Assembly: GCA_016182795.1 (NCBI GenBank)
Contig: JACPFW010000026.1
Location: 11,905 to 75,904 of the forward strand
Reading direction: 5' to 3'
DNA from: Gemmatimonadota bacterium
GTDB taxonomy: Bacteria > Gemmatimonadota > Gemmatimonadetes > Gemmatimonadales > Gemmatimonadaceae
DNA: 64,000 nt
Part shown: in pieces, positions 1 to 11,833 of the stretch
How the letters are laid out: each line of letters begins with the position of its first letter
How positions within the stretch are numbered: position 1 is the first letter of the stretch
Program-made: the position numbers and the translations under genes
The notes under the pieces: generated by a model
The model's input: the letters and a program-made list of their open reading frames with translations, nothing else
Told to the model about the DNA's origin: nothing
Database searches by the model: none

Positions 1-263
1 TGGCTCGGTTTGAAGACGTTCTCGGCTTCTCACGTCTGGGGCTCCTGCACCTCAATGACTCCAAGGCGCCGCTCGGCTCGCGCAAGGACCGACATGAACT
101 CATCGGCGCCGGCGCCATTGGCGACGGCGCATTTCGGCGCATCATGACCGACCCCCGTCTCGCAGCCGTGCCCAAGGTTCTCGAGACACCGAAGGGCGAC
201 GACATGATCAGCAATGACCGCGCGATGCTGCGCAAACTCCGCGCCTTCGCTGCCAACCGATGA
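1..263 (+). CDS. nfo: Endonuclease IV (AP endonuclease 2 family), C-terminal fragment; the 5' end lies outside the window
   Basis: Reading from position 3 gives ...LGLLHLNDSKAPLGSRKDRHELIGAGAIGDGAFRRIMTDPRLAAVPKVLETPKGDD...RAFAANR, then TGA at 261-263. HLNDSK, DRH and ETP are conserved Nfo motifs. It is absent from the ORF track because there is no in-window start codon. Confidence 0.85.
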   Translation, partial: ARFEDVLGFSRLGLLHLNDSKAPLGSRKDRHELIGAGAIGDGAFRRIMTDPRLAAVPKVLETPKGDDMISNDRAMLRKLRAFAANR

Positions 264-292
264 GCGCGCCAACATACCGGGCGTGGGCGATG

Positions 293-328
293 ACGGGTCG
301 GGTGGGACGGGTGGGACGGGTGGGCCTA
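293..328. repeat. Short tandem 9-mer array (GTGGGACGG x2 plus degenerate flanking units)
   Basis: acgggtcgg gtgggacgg gtgggacgg gtgggccta read directly. It is G-rich on the + strand and lies 30 nt after the nfo stop. Confidence 0.7.
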
Positions 329-378
329 GGAGCGCTGGAACTGGCGTTTTGCGCTCCGGGTACATAACCTCCCTCGTG

Positions 379-738
379 ATGCGTCGCCTCCTGCCCCCTC
401 GCCGCACCTCGGTCGTGCGCGCCCGTGCGATTGCGTTCCTGTTGCTGGTCATACAGGGACTCATTGCCGTGTCGCCGCTTGGCGAGCCGCGAGGCGGCGG
501 CAACGCGCTCCAGGTCCACGTCGAAGCGCAGGGCAGTTCGCACGCCGACCTCCACAGCGACGACACCTGCGCGCTGTGTGCCGCCCGCAATGCGTTCGCC
601 GCGCCGCAGGTGCCGGTCGCCGCGCTCACTGAGGTCGGCCGGTTGGCGACGGTGCCGGTGGCCCGTGAAATCACCTCGCCGTCGGCCGACGGCACGAGCG
701 CCCACTTATCGCGCGCACCACCTGCCCCGCTGAGCTGA
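379..738 (+). CDS. Hypothetical small membrane-anchored protein with a His/Cys motif (HADLHSDDTCALC), possibly metal-related
   Basis: Internal ATG at 379 of track ORF 214-738 gives MRRLLPPRRTSVVRARAIAFLLLVIQGLIAV (basic N-terminus plus one TM segment). Third-codon positions are strongly G/C, as in the confirmed genes. It sits directly upstream of the porin/ZnuA/ZnuB genes. Its resemblance to DUF2946-type proteins comes from memory only. Confidence 0.45.
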   Translation: MRRLLPPRRTSVVRARAIAFLLLVIQGLIAVSPLGEPRGGGNALQVHVEAQGSSHADLHSDDTCALCAARNAFAAPQVPVAALTEVGRLATVPVAREITSPSADGTSAHLSRAPPAPLS

Positions 739-792
739 CGACGCCGAGCGGCACATCGCCGCCGGACGGACACTTCTGCGAGGCGGTAGTTA

Positions 793-2118
793 ATGAGACT
801 GTGTTTTCGGATCGCGACGATGGTCGCGACGTCAGTCGCGACATTCGCGCTGGGCGGTTCGCCGCTCGGCGCCCAGCAAACCCCAGACAGCACGGCGCGC
901 GCGCAGCAGCGAACGCTCGATTCGCTCACGGCATCGATGCGCGCCCTCGAGGCGCGTCTCGACAGCGCCGAACGCCTGCCGGCCCCCGCGCCGACCCGCA
1001 CGTCGGGCGCGTACATGAATGTCAGTTTCGTGGGCCTCTCCGATTTTCTCTGGTCGTCCACGCCCGACGTGGCCGGGCTGCAGCGAGGCGGGCATGAGCC
1101 CAAGGTGCGCGGCTTTTCCATTCCCAACGCCGAACTGGCGCTCGACGGCACCGTCGACCCCTACCTGAAGGCCTTCGTCAACATCGTGCACCTGCTCGAT
1201 GAGAAGGGCGAGACAAGCGTGGAACTGGAGGAGATGTACTTCCTCACGACGGGTCTGCCCAAGAACCTGCAACTCAAGGTTGGGCAGTTCTTCACCGAGT
1301 TCGGCCGGCAGAACCCGCAGCATCCGCATGCGTGGGCGTTCGGCGACCAGCCGCTGGTCCTCAATCGCATGTTCGGCGCCGACGGCCTGCGTAGTCAGGG
1401 CGCGCGCATCTCGTGGCTGCTGCCGACGTCGTTCTACGCCGAGGCGATGCTGTCGGTGATGAATAGCGCCGGCCCCACGACCTACAGCTTCCGCGCCGAT
1501 GATTCCGGCGAGATTCACGGCGGTGTGCCGATGGAGCGCGGCGTGCGCGGCGGCGGCGACATGCTCTACGTCCCGCGGATCACCGCATCATTCGATCCAA
1601 CCAGCACGCAGACGCTGCTGCTCGGCGCATCGGGCGCGTTCGGCCCAAACAACACCGGCCCCGACGCGCGCACCGCCATTTACGGCGCGGACGTGTACTG
1701 GAAGTGGAAGTCGCCGCGCGCCGCCGCGGGGTTCCCATTCGTCGCGTTCCAGAGCGAGTATCTCGCCCGCCGCTATGACGCGGCCTCGCGGCCGAGCCAG
1801 TATCCGCAGGTGGTCACCGTCAACATGCCGAGCGCCATGCTGCGCGATGACGGCGCCTACGCGCAACTCCAGTGGGGCATCAAGCCGCGCATCGTCGCCG
1901 CGCTGCGCGGCGAGTATGTGAACGGCGACCACGCGTCCCTCGAACCGCTGCGGGAGCGTCGTACGCGCGTCTCGCCCGGGCTGACGTGGTTCCCCACCGA
2001 GTACTCGAAGTTCCGCATCCAGTACAACTACGACCAGCGTCGCAGCTGGGGCGCCGACCACACGCTCCTCGTGCAGTTCGAGTTCCTGCTCGGCGCCCAC
2101 GCCGCCCACAAATTCTAG
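793..2118 (+). CDS. Outer-membrane beta-barrel/porin-like protein
   Basis: 441-aa track ORF with a signal-like N-terminus ending LGAQQ. It has alternating beta-strand-like segments and a terminal ...AHAAHKF with C-terminal Phe, typical of OM barrels. An alternative start lies at ATG 820. It is 18 nt upstream of the ZnuA-like gene. Confidence 0.6.
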   Translation: MRLCFRIATMVATSVATFALGGSPLGAQQTPDSTARAQQRTLDSLTASMRALEARLDSAERLPAPAPTRTSGAYMNVSFVGLSDFLWSSTPDVAGLQRGGHEPKVRGFSIPNAELALDGTVDPYLKAFVNIVHLLDEKGETSVELEEMYFLTTGLPKNLQLKVGQFFTEFGRQNPQHPHAWAFGDQPLVLNRMFGADGLRSQGARISWLLPTSFYAEAMLSVMNSAGPTTYSFRADDSGEIHGGVPMERGVRGGGDMLYVPRITASFDPTSTQTLLLGASGAFGPNNTGPDARTAIYGADVYWKWKSPRAAAGFPFVAFQSEYLARRYDAASRPSQYPQVVTVNMPSAMLRDDGAYAQLQWGIKPRIVAALRGEYVNGDHASLEPLRERRTRVSPGLTWFPTEYSKFRIQYNYDQRRSWGADHTLLVQFEFLLGAHAAHKF

Positions 2119-2136
2119 CCCCCGACGGATACCCAG

Positions 2137-3063
2137 ATGAACATTCTCCCGCTCCTTCAATACGCCGTCGTGGCCGCGCTCGCCGTACCGCACGACGCGC
2201 CGCCGCGCGCCGGCAAGCTCACCGTCGTGGCCACCACGCCCGACCTCGCCGCCATCGCCCGTGAAATCGGCGGCGACGCCGTGGACGTCAAGGCGCTCGC
2301 CAAGCCCACCGAAGATCCGCATTTCGTGGACGCCAAGCCCAGCCACGTCGTGACGCTCAACCGCGCCGACGTGCTCATCGAGGGCGGCGCCGAGCTCGAA
2401 CTCGGCTGGCTCCCGCCGCTGCTCGAGAGCGCGCGCAACGCCAAGATCGCCGCCGGGGCGCCCGGACGCATTGTCGCGTCGCAGGGCATCCGCATGCTCG
2501 AGATCCCCACCAGCTTCGACCGCGCCAAGGGCGACGTGCACTCGCTCGGCAACCCGCATTTCCTCGTTGACCCGTTGAACGCCAAGATTGTCGCCACGCA
2601 GATCGCCCAGCGCTTTGCGCAGCTCGCGCCGGCCTCCGCCTCGGCCATCAACGCCAACCTCGCGCGCTTCAACGCGACGGTGGACGCCAAAATGGGCGAG
2701 TGGCAGAAGCTGCTGGCCCCGTACAAGGGCGCCAAGATTGTCACGTATCACAAGGACTTCCCGTACCTCGCCGCGCGTTTCGGCCTCGACATCGTCGAGA
2801 ACCTGGAGCCCAAGCCCGGCATCGCGCCGTCGCCCGCGCACATCGCGGCCGTCATCATGCTCATGAAGACGCAGAAGGTGCGCGTGCTGGTCGTCCAGCC
2901 GTATCAGAACCGAAAGACGGCAGAGACCGTCGCCCGCCAGACGAACGGCGTGGTGCTGGACCTCTCCCAGCAGCCCGGCGCGATCAAGGGCACCGACACG
3001 TACATCGCCATGATGGATGCCATGATCAAGTCGCTCGCCACCGCGCTCGGGGAGGCCAAGTGA
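2137..3063 (+). CDS. Periplasmic metal-binding protein, ZnuA/TroA (cluster 9) family
   Basis: 308-aa ORF containing DPHFVDAKPSH, GNPHFLVDP and TYHKDFPYLA, the characteristic His-containing motifs of Zn/Mn solute-binding proteins. Confidence 0.8.
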   Translation: MNILPLLQYAVVAALAVPHDAPPRAGKLTVVATTPDLAAIAREIGGDAVDVKALAKPTEDPHFVDAKPSHVVTLNRADVLIEGGAELELGWLPPLLESARNAKIAAGAPGRIVASQGIRMLEIPTSFDRAKGDVHSLGNPHFLVDPLNAKIVATQIAQRFAQLAPASASAINANLARFNATVDAKMGEWQKLLAPYKGAKIVTYHKDFPYLAARFGLDIVENLEPKPGIAPSPAHIAAVIMLMKTQKVRVLVVQPYQNRKTAETVARQTNGVVLDLSQQPGAIKGTDTYIAMMDAMIKSLATALGEAK

Positions 3064-3905
3064 ACCCCGCCGATCTCGCCACCGTCTGGGCGGTGATGAA
3101 GTGGCCGCTCGCCGCCTGCCTCGTCTTTCCGCCGCTCCTGCTCTACATGGGCCTGCACGTCATCAAGCGCGAGGTGATCTTCGTCGACCTCGCGCTCGCG
3201 CAGGTTGCCACGCTCGGCACGTGCGTCGCCCTGCTCATGGGCTACCACTTCAACGATCAGATCACCTTTTGGATCTCGCTTGGTATCACATTCCTCGGCG
3301 CCGCGCTCTTTAGCTGGTCGCGCAGCAGCCGACAGCACCAGGTGCCGCAAGAGGCCATCATCGGCATCACGTTCGTGGTCGCGGCCGCCGGCGTCATTCT
3401 CCTGCTCAGCCGCGTGTCGGGGGGCAAGGAGGAGCTTGAGTACCTGCTCACCGGCGACATTCTGAACGTGTCGGCCGACGACGTCGGCCACCGGTCGGTG
3501 CTCTTTATGGGCCTCGCCGCGTTCTACGGCACCTTCCATTCGCGCTTCGCGCAGATCTCCAGCAGCCCCGACGAGGCCGTCGCCCAGGGCCTGCACGTGC
3601 GCGTCTGGGACTTCCTGTTTTATGCGGCGTTCGCGCTGGTAGTGGTCAGCTTTGTCCGCATTGCGGGCGTTCTGCTCACATTCGCCTACCTCATTGTGCC
3701 GGCCGTCTGCGCGGTGATGCTGGCCGCGTCGTGGAAGTCGCGGCTGATCGTCGGCGGCGTCATCTCAGCCATCGCCAGCTTTACGGGCCTCTACGCGTCG
3801 TACCGCCTCGACCTGCCGACCGGCGCCTCGATCGTCGTGGCCTGCGGGCTGCTGCTGATCCTGACCAACGTCTTCGTGGCCGTGCGCGGGGGCAGATCGG
3901 CCTGA
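3060..3905 (+). CDS. Metal ABC transporter permease, ZnuB/ABC-3 family
   Basis: An in-frame GTG at 3060 overlaps the upstream stop (GTGA). The product is a polytopic membrane protein (VNPADLATVWAVMKWPLAACLVF...IVPAVCAVMLA...). The part of the track ORF upstream of 3060 overlaps the ZnuA-like gene and is rejected. Confidence 0.75.
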   Translation: MNPADLATVWAVMKWPLAACLVFPPLLLYMGLHVIKREVIFVDLALAQVATLGTCVALLMGYHFNDQITFWISLGITFLGAALFSWSRSSRQHQVPQEAIIGITFVVAAAGVILLLSRVSGGKEELEYLLTGDILNVSADDVGHRSVLFMGLAAFYGTFHSRFAQISSSPDEAVAQGLHVRVWDFLFYAAFALVVVSFVRIAGVLLTFAYLIVPAVCAVMLAASWKSRLIVGGVISAIASFTGLYASYRLDLPTGASIVVACGLLLILTNVFVAVRGGRSA

Positions 3906-4073
3906 CGTGAGGGCCCCGCCGCCGTCGGTTCCGCCTCCCGCCGAACGCGACGCCCGGACCGTGCGTTGGGTAGTAGGGAAGGGCATCAGGATACGTCTGT
4001 AGGGGGAATTCGCAGAGATTTCGGCCCTTCCCCTGACCGTCGTGTACCTGTTGCCCTTATCTTTTTCATACCT

Positions 4074-6323
<2,250 letters not shown>

Positions 6324-6387
6324 ATTTCGCGTAGTGTCGACGGGCTCCCTCAAGGGGGCCCGTCGTATGCCCCCCCGAGGACGACGT

Positions 6388-8007
<1,620 letters not shown>

Positions 8008-8031
8008 CGAACAGGCAGCACCAACGCACGG

Positions 8032-8059
8032 AGAGGGCCGGCACCTATGCCGGCCCTCT
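8032..8059. terminator. Bidirectional intrinsic-terminator-like hairpin between the convergent pckA and lipoprotein genes
   Basis: agagggccggc-acctat-gccggccctct (11-bp perfect stem), followed by ttcat. Confidence 0.6.
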
Positions 8060-8089
8060 TTCATGGGCACCCTGCCCCTTCCCCTGCAC

Positions 8090-8626
8090 CTAGAGTCCTG
8101 TCCTCCGGCACCCTCCCACCCGCTCATCCACCAGCAGTTCGTTCCATCCCGTTCCCGATGGAATCGCGAAGGCAATATGCGCTGCCTCGTGCTCGACGCT
8201 GTGCACCACCTCGTCGAGTGACCGCCGCCCAACATTGAGCGCATCGACATCGCGCGCCACGTCGATCTCACCCGTCGATGTCGCCTGCGCCGACGCCAGC
8301 TGGGTGCCGACCCGCCACATGTACGGACGCACTACAATGCGTCGCGCCGCGAGCGAGCCCTCGAGCACCGAAGCGTACGCCTGGCAGTCGCCGCCGCGTG
8401 CCTTGAGGTCGGAGACGCGCTGCGCCAGCGCGCGGATCACCTCGTTGCTGGCCGCCTGCTCGGCGCAGGCGGCGCACGCGGCCGACGGTTCGCTCGCCAC
8501 GAGTTCCTTGCTGCGCGGCGCCTCCGGCACGGGGGCCGGCTTCGGCTTGGCCCGAACGCATCCAACGAACCCGACGCTCATCGCGGCGCACCAGATCAGC
8601 CGCACCGACCATCGCAAACCAGGCAT
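8090..8626 (-). CDS. Hypothetical lipoprotein with an HEAAH (HExxH-like) motif
   Basis: Internal ATG at 8626 is preceded by GGGAGAA. MPGLRWSVRLIWCAAMSVGFVGC is a lipobox-type signal. The C-terminal part contains VEHEAAHIAF. Confidence 0.55.
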   Translation of the reverse strand: MPGLRWSVRLIWCAAMSVGFVGCVRAKPKPAPVPEAPRSKELVASEPSAACAACAEQAASNEVIRALAQRVSDLKARGGDCQAYASVLEGSLAARRIVVRPYMWRVGTQLASAQATSTGEIDVARDVDALNVGRRSLDEVVHSVEHEAAHIAFAIPSGTGWNELLVDERVGGCRRTGL

Positions 8627-8744
8627 GAGCTTTCTCCCGAGACGGAGGGTCCGTACATACTGCCGCCGATCCGCCCGCCGACGCAACCGGCGGGTGCCCC
8701 ACCGCCAACCCTGCTGGCCCCTCTCGCCTCCCTCCCCCACCTTT

Positions 8745-8821
8745 CTACCTTCTACCTTCTACCTTCTACCATCTACCGTCTACCGTCTACCGTCTACCTT
8801 CTGCCGTCTACCTTCTGCCGT
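8745..8821. repeat. Tandem heptamer array, 11 x CT(A/G)CC(T/A/G)T
   Basis: ctacctt x3, ctaccat, ctaccgt x3, ctacctt, ctgccgt, ctacctt, ctgccgt, read contiguously. The array ends 3 nt before the ATG at 8825. Confidence 0.95.
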
Positions 8822-8824
8822 CCC

Positions 8825-10048
8825 ATGGCTTTCATCCGAGACCCCCTCTGGAACAACATCCGCATCGACGGGCCGTTCCTGCGGCTCGCCGACACTGCGG
8901 TCGTGCAGCGCTTGCGCTATGTCCGGCAGCTGGGCCTCGCGCATCTGGTGTACCCGGGGGCCACCCATTCGCGCTTCGAGCACGCCATGGGCGCCTTCCA
9001 CCTCGCCAACCGGACGCTCGCGCGGCTCGACGAAGCCGGCATGCTCGATCGCATTGCCCCCGACGAGCCCGAGGTGGTAGCCGCGGCGGCCCTGCTGCAT
9101 GACGTGGGGCACTACCCGTTCTCGCACGCCCTCGAAGAAATCGGCGCCATGCACCACGAAGCGGTCGCCGAGCCGATGATCACCGCCGGCGAGGTCGAGA
9201 AGATTCTGCGCGCCGAGATCGCCGAGGACGCCCCCGAGCGCGTCTTCGCGCTCATGCGCGGCGACAGCGTGTCGCCGCTGCAGGGGCTCATCAGTGGCTC
9301 CATTGACCTCGACAAGACCGACTACCCCAAGCGCGACGCCCTGATGTGCGGCGTCCCCTACGGCGAGATCGACGTCGACCGCCTGCTGCACGCCCTCGTC
9401 ATCGTCGACGATCCCCATCTCGGCCGCGCCGCCGTCGGCGTGCTCGAGAAGGCGCTGAGCGCCCTCGAATCGCTGCTCTTCGCCAAGTATCAGATGTACC
9501 GCAACGTGTACTGGCATCACGCCGTGCGCAGTCCGACGGCGATGTATAAGCGGCTGGTGGCCGACGCCCTGCGCGCCGGCGCCATCGAGAGCGGCGCCTT
9601 GGTGGCCCATACCGACGAGGGACTGCTGCACGCCCTGCGCGCGCGCACGCCCAGCGACCTGCTCGACGCCATCCTCTCACGGCGCCTGTACAAGCGGGCC
9701 ATGGAGTGCCCGGCCGCGGAACTCGACGGCATCGACCTCGAGTGGATCGCCGAGGATCACGATCGCGCCCGCCGCGCCGAGGATGCCATGGCCGACCGGC
9801 TGGGCCTCGCGCCGGGCGAACTGCTCATCGACTATCCGCAAAAGGAGCAGATGCTCGGCCTCGACCTCCCCGTGCTCACGCGCGACGGCCGCGTCGAACG
9901 GCTGACGAGCGAGGGGATGGCCGGCGCCATCAACCTGCCCGTGCTCGCCGACCAGCTCTACCGTTCCGCGCGGTGGCTGCGGGTCTTCACCAAGACGCGC
10001 CGGCGCATTGAGAAGCGCGACGTGCTGCGAATGCTCAGCGAGGCGTAA
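8825..10048 (+). CDS. HD-domain phosphohydrolase (COG1078, dNTP-triphosphohydrolase-like family)
   Basis: MAFIRDPLWNNIRIDGPFLRLADTAVVQRLRYVRQLG...SRFEHAMG...LLHDVGHYPFSHALEE contains the H...HD...D signature. The N-terminus matches the usual family start. Confidence 0.8.
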   Translation: MAFIRDPLWNNIRIDGPFLRLADTAVVQRLRYVRQLGLAHLVYPGATHSRFEHAMGAFHLANRTLARLDEAGMLDRIAPDEPEVVAAAALLHDVGHYPFSHALEEIGAMHHEAVAEPMITAGEVEKILRAEIAEDAPERVFALMRGDSVSPLQGLISGSIDLDKTDYPKRDALMCGVPYGEIDVDRLLHALVIVDDPHLGRAAVGVLEKALSALESLLFAKYQMYRNVYWHHAVRSPTAMYKRLVADALRAGAIESGALVAHTDEGLLHALRARTPSDLLDAILSRRLYKRAMECPAAELDGIDLEWIAEDHDRARRAEDAMADRLGLAPGELLIDYPQKEQMLGLDLPVLTRDGRVERLTSEGMAGAINLPVLADQLYRSARWLRVFTKTRRRIEKRDVLRMLSEA

Positions 10049-10883
10049 GCAGCAGCCACGACTGCGGCGTCCGGCGATGCTCCTGCATCAGCGCCTCGAG
10101 CGTCGCCGGCATGCGTGACCGCCACGGCTCGGCGATGCCCGGCGCGAGGTGGGCAAGTACGCGCGTTTCCGAGGGGAAGCGGCGGACGTCGTGAGTCCGC
10201 GCGAATCGCGCCGCCATCACCGGCTCCGTGGGCGGCTCGACGTGGCTGTGACACTCCACCAGGATCGTGACGCGGGCGAGGGCCGTCACCGCCGCTGGAT
10301 CGAGCAGGTAGAGTTCGCCGCCATCGACGTCGCATACCACCAGCGCGCGGGCCCCCGATCCCAGCGACGCGGCGAGCGCGGCGTGGTCGCACTCGCCCGC
10401 AATCGCCACGCGCCCCGCCGCTCCGTTCAGGGCAACGTTGGCGGCCAGCGCCGCCCGCGCCGAAGCGTCGGCTTCGAACGCGTGGACGCGCGCCGACGGC
10501 ATCACGCGCGCCAGTCCCACGGCGTAGTATCCGTGGCGGGCGCCAATATTGATGACGCGTTCAAACGGCGCCGCGGACAGCTCCTCAACGACGCCGGCGA
10601 GTTCGCACTCGTACGTGCCGAGCAGTTCCGGCGCCGCCGGCGAGCCGGCGAGCGGCATCCCCGCGAACGGACCACTCAGTACGCGATCATGCGCCAACGC
10701 GCGCAGTCGCCCATACAGGAAACGGCGCTTCGGTCGCAGCCCCCAGCGCACGGCGTCACGCCAGCCAGGCGGCAGGGCCTGAAACATCCGGAGCAGCGGC
10801 CCGCTCCCTTCAACCGTGCGCTGTCCGGTGAGCAGCTCCCAGAGCAGCCGCGGGACGCCAAGCTGTGGCGTCGCCGGCGTCAC
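10035..10883 (-). CDS. SAM-dependent methyltransferase, FkbM-like
   Basis: 282-aa ORF starting at GTG, with VINIGARHGYYAVGLAR...VHAFEADASA (a glycine-rich SAM loop followed by an acidic residue). The GTGA overlaps the stop of the upstream small ORF. Confidence 0.6.
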   Translation of the reverse strand: MTPATPQLGVPRLLWELLTGQRTVEGSGPLLRMFQALPPGWRDAVRWGLRPKRRFLYGRLRALAHDRVLSGPFAGMPLAGSPAAPELLGTYECELAGVVEELSAAPFERVINIGARHGYYAVGLARVMPSARVHAFEADASARAALAANVALNGAAGRVAIAGECDHAALAASLGSGARALVVCDVDGGELYLLDPAAVTALARVTILVECHSHVEPPTEPVMAARFARTHDVRRFPSETRVLAHLAPGIAEPWRSRMPATLEALMQEHRRTPQSWLLLTPR

Positions 10884-11062
10884 TCGCTCTTCGCGCGCCC
10901 GTACGCTTCAGCCAGACTGCGCGCGATGCCCCGGTAGAACGCGGCGTCCGCCGGCTTCCCCTGCCCCTCGAGCGTCAGCGCGCACGTCTCGAGCGCATAG
11001 AGGATGTTGCCCAGATACAGCTGGGCCAGCGACCCGACGCTTTCGTCCCGCTCGTCGCTCAT
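10880..11062 (-). CDS. Hypothetical 60-aa protein
   Basis: MSDERDESVGSLAQLYLGNILYALETCALTLEGQGKPADAAFYRGIARSLAEAYGRAKSE. It begins 13 nt after the PP2C stop, and its stop overlaps the methyltransferase GTG (GTGA), which suggests translational coupling. Confidence 0.4.
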   Translation of the reverse strand: MSDERDESVGSLAQLYLGNILYALETCALTLEGQGKPADAAFYRGIARSLAEAYGRAKSE

Positions 11063-11075
11063 CGGGAGTCCGTGC

Positions 11076-11831
11076 TCACTCGTCCGGAGGCGAATCGAAC
11101 CCGACCACCTGCACCACGATCGCCGTGATGTTGTCCAGGCCGCCGCGGCCGTTGGCCTCGGAGATAAGCGTGTCGACGATCCGTCCGGGTCCCGAGCGCG
11201 CAAGCAGGATTTGCTGCAGACGGCGGTCGTCCACCATGCCGGTCAGACCGTCGGACGCAACGAGGAAGACGTCGCCGATCCGTGCCTCGCCGGCATAGAG
11301 GTCGGGCTCCACCGACTCGCTCGCGCCCACGCACCGCGTGATGACATTGCTGTACGGGTGGTAGCGCGCCTGCTCCGGGGTCAGCAGTCCGGCGTCCACC
11401 TGCTCCTGCACGTACGAATGATCCTTGGTCAACTGCATCAGCGCGCCATCGCGCAGCATGTAGATGCGCGAGTCGCCAATCTGCCCCACCAGGTAGTGGC
11501 CGTCCGACAGCACGAGCACCGACGCGGTCGTTCCCATCCCCTGCTTGTCGTTCTCGGCGAGCATCCGGTCGTAGATCGCGCGGTTGGCGTCGCGCAGCGA
11601 CTGCGCGGTGCGCTCGGCGGCGTCGGGCTGCATGACGCTCTCGATCTGCAGCAGCGACCGCGCCACGATCTGCACCGCCATCTCGCTCGCGACCTCGCCC
11701 GCCGCATGGCCGCCCATGCCATCGGCGACCATGAAGACGCCACGGCGCGAATCAGCCTCGGCGAAAAACGAATCTTCGTTGCCCGATCGGACCATGCCGA
11801 CGTCGGATCGAGCGGCGACTGCGAGATGCAC
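11076..11831 (-). CDS. PP2C-family Ser/Thr protein phosphatase
   Basis: RSDVGMVRSGNEDSF...MVADGMGGHAAGEVAS...GDVFLVASDGL...GGLDNITAIVV are the PPM metal-binding motifs. The start is taken at GTG 11831, 2 nt after the FHA gene stop. The ATG at 11918 would overlap the FHA gene by 85 nt. Confidence 0.85.
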   Translation of the reverse strand: MHLAVAARSDVGMVRSGNEDSFFAEADSRRGVFMVADGMGGHAAGEVASEMAVQIVARSLLQIESVMQPDAAERTAQSLRDANRAIYDRMLAENDKQGMGTTASVLVLSDGHYLVGQIGDSRIYMLRDGALMQLTKDHSYVQEQVDAGLLTPEQARYHPYSNVITRCVGASESVEPDLYAGEARIGDVFLVASDGLTGMVDDRRLQQILLARSGPGRIVDTLISEANGRGGLDNITAIVVQVVGFDSPPDE

Positions 11832-11833
11832 GC

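Noticed and set aside
30-1151. 373-aa minus-strand ORF at the window start
   Set aside because: It runs antisense to the nfo fragment, the small His/Cys ORF and the porin gene. Its Arg/Ala/Ser/Pro-rich composition, with no motifs, is typical of spurious long ORFs on the opposite strand of GC-rich genes.
3974-4033. Complementary GGGAAGGGC ... GCCCTTCCC segments upstream of maeB as a possible leader structure
   Set aside because: It is a 9-bp stem with a loop of about 42 nt and no supporting features or known riboswitch motif, so it could be chance in GC-rich DNA.
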